This document shows, piece after piece, positions 24,191-37,830 of a stretch of 64,000 nt of DNA; the first letter of the stretch is position 1; every line of letters begins with the position of its first letter. Made by a program: the position numbers and the translations under genes. Origin of the DNA: Octopus vulgaris (lineage: Eukaryota); assembly GCA_951406725.2 (NCBI GenBank), contig OX597825.1, positions 75,516,001-75,580,000 on the forward strand, read 5' to 3'. The notes beneath the pieces are model-generated. The model had not been told where the DNA came from. It was given only the letters and a program-made list of their open reading frames with translations, and made no database searches.

Positions 24191-24400
24191 ATGTGTTTGC
24201 GTGTCTGTGTTTGTCCCCCTAGCATTGCTTGACAATCGATGCTGGTGTGTTTACGTCCCCGTCACTTAGCGGTTCGGCAAAAGAACCGATAGAATAAGTA
24301 CTCGGCTTACAAAGAATAAGTCCCGGGGTCGATTTGCTTGACTAAAGGCAGTGCTCCAGCATGGCCACAGTCAAATGACTGAAACAAATAAGAGTAAAGA
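23967..24400 (+). mobile_element. Family B tRNA/CORE-like SINE, full length
   Basis: A/B boxes, CCTTGGGCAAGTG, internal microsatellite, AAGAGTAAAGAG tail. Confidence 0.85.
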
Positions 24401-24967
24401 GTATATATATATCTGTTTATGTATTTATTGGCTTATTTTATTTGGTTACTTGGATCACTCACACATATGTTTGTAATCAATTAATAAATAGATATAATGA
24501 ATGTTTACTGGCTGATGTATGTCGATTGTTTATCCTCTCCATTTTCTTATTTGCTATATATATATATGTGTGTGTGTGTGTTGATAACACTATTATCTTC
24601 AACTGAATACCAATGCAAGATGCTTGTCTGAATCAGTTCACTTGGAAAACGTCATGAGTGACAGGTCCTTAGTGAAATTGCAAATTTGCATACAAAGCAA
24701 TGTGCAGTCACTGCAGTCGAAATATATGTAGATCAGATATATGCCGTAGAAAACTTTTAAATAAAGAAGTTTCGGACATGAATAGAATATCCACTCACCT
24801 CTTCATCATCAATGTTATTAAATACTCTCCGAAATATGTACAGTTCTGAATAGGAATATGGAATTACTCAATCAGTGAAGTTACCAGTTTCAGTATCTCT
24901 TTCTAAGCTTGAGTTCTATATAATGGAACATTGTGGATAGAAGGCATCTAAACCAATTTCAGAGGTA

Positions 24968-25995
24968 ATGCTAGCATGGGTTGGATAATTTGACTGAGGA
25001 CTGGCGAACCAGATGGCTGCACCAGGCTCCAATCTGATCTGGCAGAGTTTCTACAGCTGGATGCCCTTCCTAATGCTAACCACTCCGAGAGTGTAGTGGG
25101 TGCTTTTACATACCACCAGCATGAGGGCCAGTTAGGCAGTACTGGCAATGGCCACACTCAAATGGTGCTTTTTACGTGCCACCCACACAGGAGCCAGTCC
25201 AGCGGCACTGGCAACGACCTTGCTCGAATATTCTCCTCATGCCACCAGCACAAGCGGCAGTAAGGCAACGCTGGCGTCGATCACACTCAAATGGTGCTGT
25301 TTACATGTCACCAGCACGGAAGCCAGTTTTCTGCTCTGGCAACGATCATACTCTGATGGTGCCCTTAGTGCTCCACGAGCATGGATGCCACTCATCGAAC
25401 TCGATTTCGATTTCGATTTCACTTGCTTCAACAAGTCTTCGCAAGCAGAGTTTAGTGTCCAATGAAAGAAAGGTACTCATAAGTGGGCTGGTTACACCAA
25501 TGGCATAGGCCATGAGGTTATGGTCTCACTTGGCTTGCTGGGTTTTCTCAAGCACAGCATATTTCCAAAGGTCCCAGTCACTAGTCATTGCCTCAGTGAA
25601 GCCTAATGTTAAAAAAATCATGCTTTACCACCTCATCCCAGGTTTTCCTGGGTCTACCTCTTCCACAGATTCCCTCAACCGCTAGTGTGTGGCACTTTTT
25701 CACACAGCTATCCTCATCCATTTTCGCCACATGACCATACCAGTGCAATCGTTTCTCTTGCACACCACATCTGATGCTTCTTAGGACCAATTTTTCTCTC
25801 AAGGTACTTACACTCTGTCGAGTATGCACACTGACATTACACATCCATTGGAGCATACTGACTTCATTCCTTGCAAGCTTACGCATGTCCTCAGCAGTCA
25901 CGGCCCATGTTTCACTGTCATGTAGCATGGCTGTTTGTACACATGCATCATACAGTCTACCTTTTACTCTGTGCAAGAAGCCCTTTGTCACCAGC
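24968..25995 (-). mobile_element. RTE-clade LINE 3' fragment
   Basis: VKGRLYDACVQTAMLHDSETW..LHWYGHV..GRGRPRKTW plus the shared 3' UTR. Confidence 0.9.
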
Positions 25996-26032
<37 letters not shown>

Positions 26033-26994
26033 TATATATAAAGTTCAGCTAAACCAGAAAGTATTAGTTAGTAAATAGGGAGGGTACATTCCTAAAAATG
26101 AACAGCACATCTCTTTAAGAGATTAGTAGGTGGAAATCCAGCAAGTAATAATTAAAATATGTATACAATCTAGCTCAGCAGGGCATTGCAGAACATAAAA
26201 AACTATAATATTTAAGCAAGCGTCAAAAGATGTCATTGAAAGATTTACTTTCCCTTGGTCTAGAGGAGAAGAGGAAAACAAAGATGTTATAACAGCCGAT
26301 GGATCATCATTATCTCCATTTTAGTCTAAAGAAGACTAGATAAATATAACCAGGAAATGTACTAGAAGACTTTGCACTTAATTTGCATGACTATTATCCT
26401 TTCTGTCCTTTTCATTATTTTTGAATGGAAAATGTTGAAATGACCTAAAGTTTTTTTTTTCTGTTTTCTTTTCTTCATAAGCAACACCCATCAGTTGATT
26501 AGGAGCTCTGGCTCTTTTACTTATTTGTTTTTTTGTTTTTTGTCTCTCTGTGGTTAGTCATAAGTCACATCCACCAATGGAATGAAGCTATTTGATTGGT
26601 GTAAAGCAGTGTCCTTAAGGTCAGTTAATCTGGCATGCAGAAACTTATCAATGCAATGGCTGAGGATGCATCCACAATGGAACTAAGAAAACATTCGAAT
26701 TTATAATTATTAAGAGCAAACTTAAGTAAAATGATATGAATATGGAAAATTGTTACCTAATGATGGTGTGCAGAGTAGAAACATATGTTGTGAGACATTA
26801 ATGAAACCTGTGGATTTCTATCCACGTTTTATTGTTGCTTTTATTATATTTATCCTAAGCTGAAAGGAGTTCCATGTGTATACTCGTACTATTGGATTAC
26901 CCTGGGAAATGGAATTAACAGGTGATAACTGACAAGAGGCATAGGGGCATTTTAAGAAGTACACATTGCAAAGTATTTGCCAAAACTAAGCTAA

Positions 26995-27163
26995 ATGGAA
27001 TAGACTCCATGAAATGCCAGGTGGGAAAACTAGAAGTAGTTGATAGCTTCCATTACCTAGATGACCAACTCAGTAGTGGAGGTGGATGCTCCAAGAGTGT
27101 AGCTGATAGAATAAGAATAGGCTTGGCAAAGTCCAGAGAGCTCCTACCTCTGTTGGTAAAAAA
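26995..27163 (+). mobile_element. RTE LINE internal fragment
   Basis: KLEVVDSFHYLDDQLSSGGGCS..RELLPLLV. Confidence 0.75.
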
Positions 27164-27982
27164 GTATTTATAATACTCGTAAATAAATGGCAATAAAACA
27201 ACAGCAGAATGTAAAGAATATTTTATGCTAAGTAAAAAGAATGTCAAGATCATTTATAATAAAAAATAGTTTTTATCATAATCGTTTTCTGAATCACTCT
27301 CACTCTCAATAGACTCATGCATACCATCACTTGTAGACATGATTGCTAATTCACAAGACAGTCTTGTAGATTTCTTTTTAAGAAACAAGTCTAGAGTTGT
27401 TTGCTGAGAAGAAGCTTTTTTTTTTTTTGCTGTCTATAAATTTCTCGGTAACACGCAGAAACATTTTTTATGATAGTAGAAACATTTGCATTTCATTCAA
27501 CATCTGGATCTTGTGCTTGAAAAATTTCAGCTCACCACACAAAAGTGAGCTAAAAAATAAAACTCATAAACCCAGGGTCTCGTAAAATGAGTCCTCGTAT
27601 AGTGAGGTATTACTGTGTGTGTATATATATATATTTGATATATGCATGCAGATATAAAGATATTCACATACATATACGTACCGAAATATACACAGTCACA
27701 ACCACACCCACACACAAGCACATATATGTATACATGTATTCACAAACATATTTTTATACATACATATATATAAGTGTGTGTACATACATGCACATAAGCA
27801 CCTATATAAGCATACAAAAAATATGCATAAACTTACATACACATTCACCTACATAATTATTATAAACCCCGCATCCAAACGACAAGCCATTAATCTGACT
27901 ATCAGTTGAATCCATCAACAGAAATGTACCAATACATAAATATATGCACAATAAATATTTACTCACAAATGTAGAGAACTCA

Positions 27983-28842
27983 TGGGAGAAGAAGATTCCA
28001 CCTAATTTTGATCTGATAGTGGGACTGGCAATCTGAAGAGACAGTAGTGTTGTAGACAAAGCCATGAAGGATATGAAGACAGAGAAAGTCCCAATTCATC
28101 AGGAATCACCACTGCGATGCTTAAAATATCTGGCAGCATGTGTTATGATTTAGTCACCTGTATAGTTAATCAGGTGGTACACGAAGGAGTCATATCCAAT
28201 GACTGGTGTAGCAGCACCATAGTCTACTTTCCCTTTCATCCTTTTGGGGTCGATAAATTAAGTCCCAATTATGCACTGGGGTCGATGTAATCGACTTAAT
28301 CCCTTTGTCAGTCCTTGTTTGTCCCCTATATGTTTAGCCCCTTGTGGACAATAAAGAAGTAAGAAACACCATTAATGCTATATTTCTGGTAATACAGCTG
28401 CAGGAGAAATACCTAGCCAAAGATAAACCTCTGTACTTGGCTTTTGTTGAAATGGAGAATGCCTTTGACAGGGTCTCCAGTCTCTTACCTGATGGACAAT
28501 GCAAAAACTAGGGATAGATCTGTGGCTGGTGAGAGCTGTACATGTCATGTACAGGAATGCTGTCAGTAAGGTGAGGGTTTGCAAAAATTATAGTGATGAA
28601 TTCAGGGTACAAGTAATGGTTCACCAAGAGTCAGTCTTCAGCCTCTTCTTGTTTATCATAGTCCTCCAGACAATAACAGAGGAGTTTAAGATGAGCTACC
28701 ATGGGAGCTCCTCTATGTTGATGACCTTGTTCTTATAGCTGAATCACTACCAGAACTAGAGAAGAAATTTCAGGTGTGGAAGCAAGGTCTGGAATTGAAG
28801 GACCTTAGAGTTCGCCTAGCAAAAACCAAAGTCTTAGTAAGA
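27983..28842 (+). mobile_element. RTE LINE RT fragment, interrupted by a family A SINE piece (28226-28345)
   Basis: LQEKYLAKDKPLYLAFVEMENAFDRV, VHQES, ELLYVDDLVL. Confidence 0.8.
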
Positions 28843-29362
28843 ATGAGTACATTGTGCATCCCTCATCACTGTGGACCTGGCTTGTGGCCCTTTGTAACAC
28901 ATCATGATATCTTTTAATGCTATTTCAGTGTTTCTGTAAACACAGACACACATACATATGTGTGGTAACACATGTGAATGCATGTATTTTTGTACATGTG
29001 TGTTGATGTGTACATGTACATGCATGTTTACATACATGTATATTTGTGTGTGTTGACCATTTTGTGTGTATATGCATGTATATATTTATATATGTGTATG
29101 CTTTTATTTCAGTGGTAATGGTGGTGGTGGTGGTAGTGGTAAGGATAAAGATGATGATGATGATGTATCATTTAAGAAATTTTCTATTTTTCTGTTGTCA
29201 GCTTTCTGATTTATGCACTGTTTTCCTTTTTGTGTGGCTATGGAATGGCTATGTTGAGGACAGTGGTAGAGAAATTTTGGCCATAATAATTAAAGTAATT
29301 TTCTCTATGACCTTAACATTAACACAGCATTAACAGTAATATCAATATCAATATTAAGATTA

Positions 29363-29910
29363 AGAAGGACAAGTGAGCTGGCAGAATTATTAGTACAGTG
29401 GGCAAAATGCTTAGAACTATTTTGTCTGCCGTTACATTCTCAGTTCAGATTCACTGAGGTCAACTTTGCCTTTCATCTTTTCGAGGTCGATAAATTAAGT
29501 ACCAGTTATGCAGTGGAGTTGATGTAATCGACTTAATCTGTTTGTCTGTCCTTGTTTGTCCTCTCTGTGTTTAGCCCCTTTTGGGTAGTAAAGAAATAGG
29601 TATTTCTTCTGCCATTATGTTCTGAGTTCAGATTTTGCCAAGGTTGACTTTGCCTTTCGTCCTTTTGGGGTTGATTAAATAAGTACCAGTTACAAACTGG
29701 GGTAGATGTAATCGACTTAATCCCTTTGTTTGTCCTTGTTTATTCCCTCTATGTTTAGCCCCCTATGGACAATAAAGTAATATATATTACGATTAAGATT
29801 AACCTTGCTTTCATTCTTTCAGTGTTCATAAGTACCAGTTAAACACTGGGGGTCAATGTAATCGACTTACCCCTCCCCTGAAATTGCTGGCCTTGTGCCA
29901 ATATTTGAAA
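29363..29910 (+). mobile_element. Family A SINE with three tandem copies of its central domain
   Basis: GCCTTTCATC..GGTCGATAAATTAAGTACCAGTT-like block at ~29465, ~29650 and ~29805. Confidence 0.75.
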
Positions 29911-30196
29911 TCAATTAATGACTCAATATGAGTGGGTGTTGTGAACAAATTTGATAATGATGCAATGAGATTTATGTCTGATCCTTAAAGAAAACATGTA
30001 AAAAAAAACCATTTTCTTGGGACAAAATGTGAGAAGAATTCAGATTTTCATGATTATTGAGATTTTATGTTATTCTTAAAACCAATTCCAATGTTTTATA
30101 TGAGTTTTCTTGATGTAACCATTCACATTATAAAACTTTTTAAATGCTTTAAAAATAAATTGAAATTTTTTCCTTCTTTTTTCAATCTATTTCCAG

Positions 30197-30390
30197 ATAT
30201 CCAGGCCACAAGGTGGGATGTAAGAATTTGTTTTGGTAGGGCTTACTTTTCTTCAGTTTACTTTACTTTGAAGAGTAAACATAAACAGATACCATATAAA
30301 AGCAACCAAAAATGCTTCTACGACAATTTTGAATTAAAAAGTGGAGAAATGCCAAGTTTTATTAAAGTTGATCAGTATTATGGCTATAAG
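30197..30390 (+). CDS. Candidate internal coding exon of an unidentified host gene (phase 1 in, phase 0 out)
   Basis: Long polypyrimidine tract ..TATTTCCAG|, 64 open non-repetitive codons (IQATRWDVRICFGRAYFSSVYFTLK..DQYYGYK), consensus donor AAG|GTAAGT. Confidence 0.6.
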
Positions 30391-30752
30391 GTAAGTAAAT
30401 TAAAATAGACACACAAATATGCAAAAAGTTTATAAACACACACATACATACACATACTCATACATACACACTCATACATGCATATCTACTTGTACACTTG
30501 TATCATCAAAAATTATGCTATTTTCAAAGAAATAAGCTGAAACTGGTATTTAATAATTGCATTGACATGGCATATGTTCTTTATATTTGAATATAGATTC
30601 AGATCCAAAGAGCTTTAAAATTTTCACCCCTAACAGGATTTGAACTCCTGTTCCTTATTGTAGTTCTGTCCCTAAACCATGTATTTAAAAACTTCTGTCA
30701 ACCATAAACATTAAATTAATGAGTTAGGTGGCTTCAAAAGAAATTATATATA

Positions 30753-30789
<37 letters not shown>

Positions 30790-30953
30790 TAAGAAGTTTG
30801 CCTCCCAGCCACAAAGGTTCAGATCCAGTTCCACAACTTGGCTGATTGGGTAAATGTCTGCTATTATAGCCCCAGGCCAAACAAAATCTATATTGGATTT
30901 GGTAGATGAAAACTTGAAGAACTCTATCATATACATATACATACATAAATACA

Positions 30954-30984
<31 letters not shown>

Positions 30985-31000
30985 GTATGTATGTATATAT

Positions 31001-33610
31001 CATCATCATCATCGTTTAACATCCGCTTTCCATTCTGGCACAAGTTGGATGGTTTGACTGAAGACTGGCAAGTCAGATGGCTACACCAAGCTCCAATCTG
31101 ATCTGGCAGAGTTTCTACAGTTTGATGCCCTTCCTAACGCCAACTCTGAAAGTGTAGTGGGTGCTTTTACATGTCACCAGCACAAAGGCCTGTCACTTGG
31201 TACTGGTGATGGCCACACTCAAATGCTGTTTTTTATGTACCACCTGCACAGGAGCCAGTCCAGCAGCACTGGCAATGACCTTGCTCAAATGTTGTTTTTC
31301 ACATGCCAGTAAGGTGACGCTGGTAACAGTCAACCTTGACTGGTGTGTTTTATGTTCCACTGGCATGACCCTGGCAGTGATCATGTTCGGATGATGATTT
31401 TAATGTTCCACTAGCACGGATGCCCAGGCAGGCAGTGCTGTTATTGGCCACTCAGCAAATTTGATTTTGATTTTGTTTCACTTGCCTCAACAGGTCTTTG
31501 CAAGCAATGCACAAGTAGGCTGGTTATACCACTGGCATAAACCATGGGTTATGGTCTCATTTGCCTTGCTGGGTCTTCTCAAGCACAGCATATTTTCAAA
31601 GGTCCCAGTCACTGGTCATTGCCTCAGTGAGGCCCAATGTTCAAAGATCGTGCTTCATCACCTCATCCCAGGTCTTCCTGGGTCTACCTCTTCCACAGGT
31701 TCCATCAACTGCTAGGGTAGGGCACTTTTTCACACAGCTATCCTCATCTATTCTTGCCACATGACCATACCAGTGCAGTCGTCTCTATTGCACACCACAT
31801 CTGATGCTTCTTAGGTCCAACTTTTCTCTCAAGGCGTTTACACTCTGTCATGTATGCACACTGACAATACACATCCAGCGGAGCATACTGGCTTCATTCC
31901 TTGCAAGCCTACGCATGTCCTCAGCAGTCACCGCCCATGTTTCACTGCCATGTAGTATGGCTGTTCGTACACATGCATCATACAGTCGACCTTTTACTCT
32001 GAGCGAGAGGCCCTTTGTCACCAGCAGAGGTAAGAGCTCTCTGAACTTTGCCCAGGCTATTCCTATTCTAGCAGCTACACTTTCAGAGCATCTACCCCCG
32101 CTACTGACTTGGTCACCTAGGTAGCAGAAGCTGTCAACTACTTGTAGTTTTTCTACCTGGAATGTGACAGCAGTTGTTCTCTGCACATTTTCAGTGTTTA
32201 TTGCTCATGAGCATTTTCCACATACAAAAACTATCTTCCCAGTTAGCCTTCCTTTGATATTGCTGCACCTCTTATGTGTCCATAGCATGCACTGGGTACA
32301 TCTTATGCAGTTTCTACCTATGCCTTTTCTACAGATTGAGCAAAAGGATTCGTGGTTTGCCTGCCTTCTTATTGAAACTTTGGTTTTAGCCAGGTTCACT
32401 CTAAAGCACTTTGATTCTAATCCTTGCTTCCACACCTGAAACTTTTCCACTAGTCCTGATAGTGACTCAGCAATTAGAGCAAGGTCACCCGCATAGAGGA
32501 GCTCACAGGGGTTATCCTGTCTTGAATTCCTCTGTTATTGCCTGGAGGACTATGATAAATAGGAAGGGGCTGAGGACTGAACCTTGGTGGACCCCTATAC
32601 CTCTACCTGGAATTCTTCACTGTACTCATTGCCAACCCTCACCTTACTAACAGCATCCCTGTACATGGCTGGCACAGCTCTCACTAACCATTCATCTATC
32701 CCTACTTTCCTCATTGACCACCAGACAAGAGATCGAGGGACCCTGTCGAAGGCTTTCTCCATGTCAACAAAAGCCAGGTACAGGGGTTTATCTTTGGCCA
32801 GGTAATTCTCCTGCAGCTGCCTAACTAGAAATATAGCATCAGTGGTACTTTTTCCTGGCAGAAACCCAAACTACATCTTGTCTGGACTGACCCTCTCCCT
32901 ATTAGTTGGGCTACAAAACTCTCTGTGACCTTCTTTACCTGATCCAACAGCTTGATACCTCTGTAATTATTTGTATCTAATGCATCACCTTTACCTTTGT
33001 AGCAGTTGACTATTATGCTGCTACACCAGTCATTGGGAATGACTCCTTTGTGTATCACCTGCTTAACTATACGGGTGACTAGGCTATAGCCGACACTGCC
33101 AGATGTTTTGAGCATCTCTGTGGTGATTCCTGATGGGCCAGAGTCTTTCACACCCTTAATTGTTTTATCTACCAAGGCACTGTCAATTTGGATAGCTCGT
33201 TCCTCTGTCGGGTCAGAATTCAGCAGGCTCTCTTTCTCCCATTCATTCTCTTTATTGAGCAACCTTTCATAGTGCAGCCTCGTTTAATGCAAGTGAGCCA
33301 TCATCCATGCAAATACATTTCTCTCCTATGACATTACGATTCTGTCTCACACACGTCTCGCAGCACGAAATATCTCAAGTCTTTGGTCCTCACAGCACAG
33401 AACATTGGCAGATTTTTTTCTTATCTGCTTCCCCCCTGGTTAAATAAACCTGTCTCCTAGCTTCCCTTTTGGCAGTCTGACATGATGCCCTACTGCCACC
33501 GTTCTTCCAGTCCTTCCAACCCCATTTCTCTTCTCCAATGGCCCTGTCAATAACATTGTTCCACCACCACATTACCTTGGGTCGAAAGGGGATTTTGCAC
33601 CATCCACTAG
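31001..33610 (-). mobile_element. RTE-clade LINE, ~2.6-kb 3' portion, degenerate
   Basis: YKGKGDALDTNNYRGIKLL, DMEKAFDRVP, HQGS, PHD-like Cys cluster, LHGSETW, 3' UTR and (GAT)n tail. Confidence 0.92.
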
Positions 33611-33789
33611 TGGGCCTGCTGGTCTGTATGGTGTTGAAATGTATTCATAAGGCACATATTAGCACATTTACAGAACTTCACTATATACAATGCTTTTCAC
33701 TTTTTCCTTTGGAGCATATATGAAGAATTTCTGTGGGCTTCCTACTCTGAAACAACCTACATGCAATTGACAATGTGAGAAACAACCCT

Positions 33790-34580
33790 CTTCTAGATTG
33801 AGATCGATAACCTCATTTATATACCTTTTCATTCCTACAAAACTACAATACCTTTAAGCTAGATTGATTATTGAAATTCCACTATCATTTCTCTTTTGAT
33901 AATTTTCTCTTTCCTCTGTTTATACTTTATCTAATAAGAATAATATAATACACCTAATAATAATAATAATTGATTTCGTTGTATGCATATACATATATAT
34001 ATAAATATATGGATATGTATATATATATATATATATATATATTCATGTGTATATATATGTATATGTAAAAGTGAGTATATATATGTATGTATTTATACTT
34101 ATAACTTAACCTTATGAACTTTCTAAACTATCTGACGAAGCCCAGAAGCACATCCAAGTACCTTAATTTTATCTACCAAATACTTCAGTTCACTGAAGGG
34201 ATGGAAGTAAAGCGGGGTACTGAGACCTCTTGGCTGAAACAGCTGTAAGAAGCCATTCTACTTTCTATGTTCTACGTTATATACTTTAATAAGTACTGAT
34301 ATTTTTATACATGTATGTATATTATTATAATTGTTTTTTTAAAAAAATAGATAAAAGACATAATATATTGTCTAAAAGTTGATGAATACCACCTATTGAT
34401 CCCCTCCATTTTCTTATTGCTGTACAAATTAATTGTAAAACAACTTCTTACCCTCACCCATTTCTTACATTCAGTATTGTAATTGCTATGCAACAAAAAA
34501 AAAAAAAGACTTGTGTATTAATAATTGGGTATACTATCAATAGTATATTGGATAGATCCCTTAGTTTGTTAGATTCACAA
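33790..34580 (+). mobile_element. PLE 3' UTR/terminal repeat (family shared with 45055-45830)
   Basis: Colinear with the reverse complement of 45055-45830; contains an HHR motif. Confidence 0.65.
34128..34250 (+). ncRNA. Type I hammerhead with ~97-nt structured stem II
   Basis: CUGACGA-AGCC...GGCU-GAAA-CAGCU-GUA-AGA. Confidence 0.65.
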
Positions 34581-34796
34581 CTTCTAACTCTCTTGGAATT
34601 ATGTATCAAGCCACTACACACACTTTTTTCACTCCTTTTTTTCTCTCCTTGCTTTTTTCTGTAGAAGAGCGTAGGCTTGAAATGTAAAAGACTTTTTCAT
34701 TTCCTGAGTGTTATACTAATACATCAGTTTGTTTTGTACACCACCTGTCTTCACCTTTTGTTTTTTCGTGAACTCTCCCCCTATATATATATATAT

Positions 34797-36666
34797 ATGA
34801 AAAAACAAGTCAAGATAGAAAATGCTAAAATAATTTTATAAAGAACATTTCAGTACCGGTTTCAGTCATTTTGAGACCTTTTCAACTGTAACGATTAAAT
34901 AATTAAATTTAGAAAAATTAAAAGAAAAGTTTTTTTAAAGGAATATTTGTATAGTGTTCAAATATAAGTGGCATTCTGCCTTTCTCTGTCTCCCTTGTTT
35001 GCACTTGTGTGTTCGAGGTCGTTGTAAATTCTTGGTAGGGTAGAAGAAGAAGAAGGTTGATGAGGAGAGGGGGTGGAAAAATTTGGTAGTGCCTTGATTG
35101 TGGTATTTTGAATGGTCAGTGACGGCTAGCAGTTGCAGTTCAATTCAGGAGAATATTTCTATTGAAAGGTTTGTTTATGGAATTTGCGTAGGTGTTATAC
35201 TAAAAAGCATTAGTGATAAAGTTAAGAGGTAGAAGGTGGAGCAGAAGAAGAAGAAGAAGAAGAAGAAGAAGCAGAAGAAGAAGAAGCAGAAGAAGAAGAA
35301 AAAGATGACGATGTTGATGATGATGATGATGAAGAAGAAGAAGAAGAAGGAGAAAGAGAAGGAGAAGAAGAAGATGATGATGATGGTGATGATGATGACG
35401 ACGATGATGATGATAATGATGATGATGAAGAAGAAGAGGAAGAAGAAGAAAAAAGAGGAGGGAGAATATGAATGAGTGGAAGTAGTGAGGTGTTGTATGA
35501 CTTGAAGTTGGCACGTTATGGATTATAGCTGTGAATGGGGCTGTTTTGTAATGGATTCTTTGGAATGTAATATTTGCGTGTGTATTTCTGTTATTCTAAA
35601 GCTGAGGTGTATTAATCATTTGTCGTAGACCCGTTAAGAAGTGGCCTGTATTTTGTAATAAAGAGAGTTTCTTTACTTATTCATTGTCTCAAGGTTGTAT
35701 CGTCCCTAAATTGGTAGAGGGGGAAAATCCTGAAGCCTGGTGTTTTGTTGTTGGCGCAAGTATCTATGTGTTGGCTGAAAGCTATTTTTCTGTTTGGGGG
35801 AATTTTTATCTGGGATCTGTGCAGGGCCATTCTTTTATGCAAACTATTTTTTGTTTGGCCTATGTACTGCTCTTGACACCCAGAGCAGGTTAGTGTGTAT
35901 ATCAGGTTCTCTGAAGCACATGTGAAGTTGCTTTTCACTGTAAACCGTTGTCCCTGTTTGAAGGAGAACTCTGATCCCTCAATTAGATAATCGCATATCC
36001 CGCAATTGGGTCTTCCACATTTTTTTACTGTCGGCTTCTGTGTTGAAGAGTGTATTCGGGCTTGTGTTAGGAGACTTTTCATAGATTTAGGCTGTCTCTT
36101 GCTTTTTATGATCGTGTGTGTTTGGAGGATTGTGTTCATTCTGTGGTCTTTTTTTAGGAGGGGTATGTTGTGGAGGATGGTGCCGAAGGCTTCATTGTTG
36201 AGAGGGTTGTGTGTGGAGATGTATGGTAAGGCTTTTGGTCGCAAGTTTTTCTTTGATTTGGGATGTCTCAGTTCCTGGATGTTAAGTTGAATGCACTTGT
36301 CAATAAGTGAAGGTGGGTAGTTCCTGGTGATAAGGGTATCTTTTAGTTCTTGTAGTCGTGTGTCTCTGGTGTTTGCATTAGAAACTATAGTGCATATCCT
36401 TTTTGCTAGATTGAAGGGAATATTCATCCTGGTGTGTCTGGGGTGGCATGAATTGAATGGAAGATATTGCTTAGAATCTGTAGGCTTATAAAATATGTCT
36501 GTTTCTATTACATTATTAGCTTTCTTAATGAGGATATCGAGGAAGGGGAGTTGTTGCTGGCTATATTCCATCGTGAATTGGATGTTTACGTCCAGTCCAT
36601 TTAAAATTTCTTGGAATTCTTTGAGTTTCTCTATATTTTCATGCCAAAGAATGAAACAGTCATCTA
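34797..36666 (-). mobile_element. Neptune-type PLE, 5'-truncated (copy 1)
   Basis: ORF 35681-36571: LPFLD..YKPTD..YLPFNSCHP, CGRPNCGIC, NLIYTLTC..C..QYIGQT..R...H (GIY-YIG); premature stop; UTR with (GAA)n/(GAT)n. Confidence 0.92.
34851..34888 (-). ncRNA. Minimal hammerhead with U3:A8 core variant
   Basis: CAG-UUGAAAA-GGUC(ucaaaau)GACU-GAAA-CCG-GUA-CUG. Confidence 0.65.
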
Positions 36667-36667
36667 T

Positions 36668-37830
36668 GGTTTATGAAAGGATTCATATAATCCAGTATCA
36701 AGACAGAAGGTAGCGTAACAGAAGTTTACACTATGGTAATCTTTTTCTATAGTTATGTTGAGTCTTAAGTTCTTAAATAGTCTAAAGAACTGTTTCCTAT
36801 GCCTTTCTAATTGTTCTTTACTACTTCTGTCCAGGAAGAATTGAACATCATCTCTATATAGTCCTCCTGTGATTTTTCAGAAAGGAAAACTGGATTAATG
36901 AATGCATATATATTCCAAACAAGTCTGTGACTTGTGCAGAATTTGATGACCACATCGCTATACCGAAAGCACTCTCTCTATCTAATCTATTCCATAATAT
37001 ACCATCAAAATCTACCAAGGAGGTTTGGGCCACAAGTATAATATCTATTCCATGTCGGGACATAACCGAGTTTTCCATACTATAGATCAGGGCTTTATTG
37101 AGGATGATCAGGTTTGTAGTGGCGTAGTAACTCTCTATATATCTTGTTGTAAGAATTTACTGGTTTTGTTAATTTCTAGATGCTTAAACCATCCTATTAT
37201 CTCTTTGGTATCCACCAGAGGGCTGATTTAATTTTAGACTTAAGTGTGGGCAGTACTCTATCAATGATCTTCTTACTAATAATCCCTATATCTGATTTAG
37301 ATAGATAAATTAATCTGAGTGGGGTCATTCAGAAACTTAGATTTATGGTCTTTAAGCATAATCTGAGGTTTCTAGGAACATAAGGCTCAATTCTATGATC
37401 TATAGCTAAATCTCTAGCAATTTGTAATCCTCTACTGTTTATTCATTTTGATGTGTCATTATTTGCATGTCTATATTTGCTATGTAATTCTTTTCTAATC
37501 ATATTCTTAAATAACACAATATCAACAAAAAAAATGTTACTAGTTTTGTCCTATGGTACAAGTATCCCTGGAACTTTCAAGAAATCATCAAGTAATTTCC
37601 TAATTTTCTGTTGATGTCTATTGTGTCTTCTAGAGTACTTTCTGAAGTTCACATTCTGAACTATACTATACAGTTCCTCTTCAAATCTGGTCGGGTGCTG
37701 GCTGGTCAGTGGGTTTTTCCTTGATTTAAATTCTTTTCTTAGTAAGTCTCCAGCTTCAGGTTTGTCATGTGATCTATCTTTTCTATCATGGAGAAAGCCT
37801 TTCACTGTATTCTTCATATGAATTGGTTGA
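36668..37830 (-). mobile_element. Highly degenerate PLE RT fragment (different family)
   Basis: Minus-strand remnants RLIYLSKSDIGIISKKIIDRVLP, FGIAMWSSNSAQVTDLFGIY, TGLYESFHKP. Confidence 0.55.

Noticed and set aside
35200-35514. Poly-Leu/His and poly-Lys/Met ORFs
   Set aside because: Translation of the (GAA)n/(GAT)n tract in a PLE UTR
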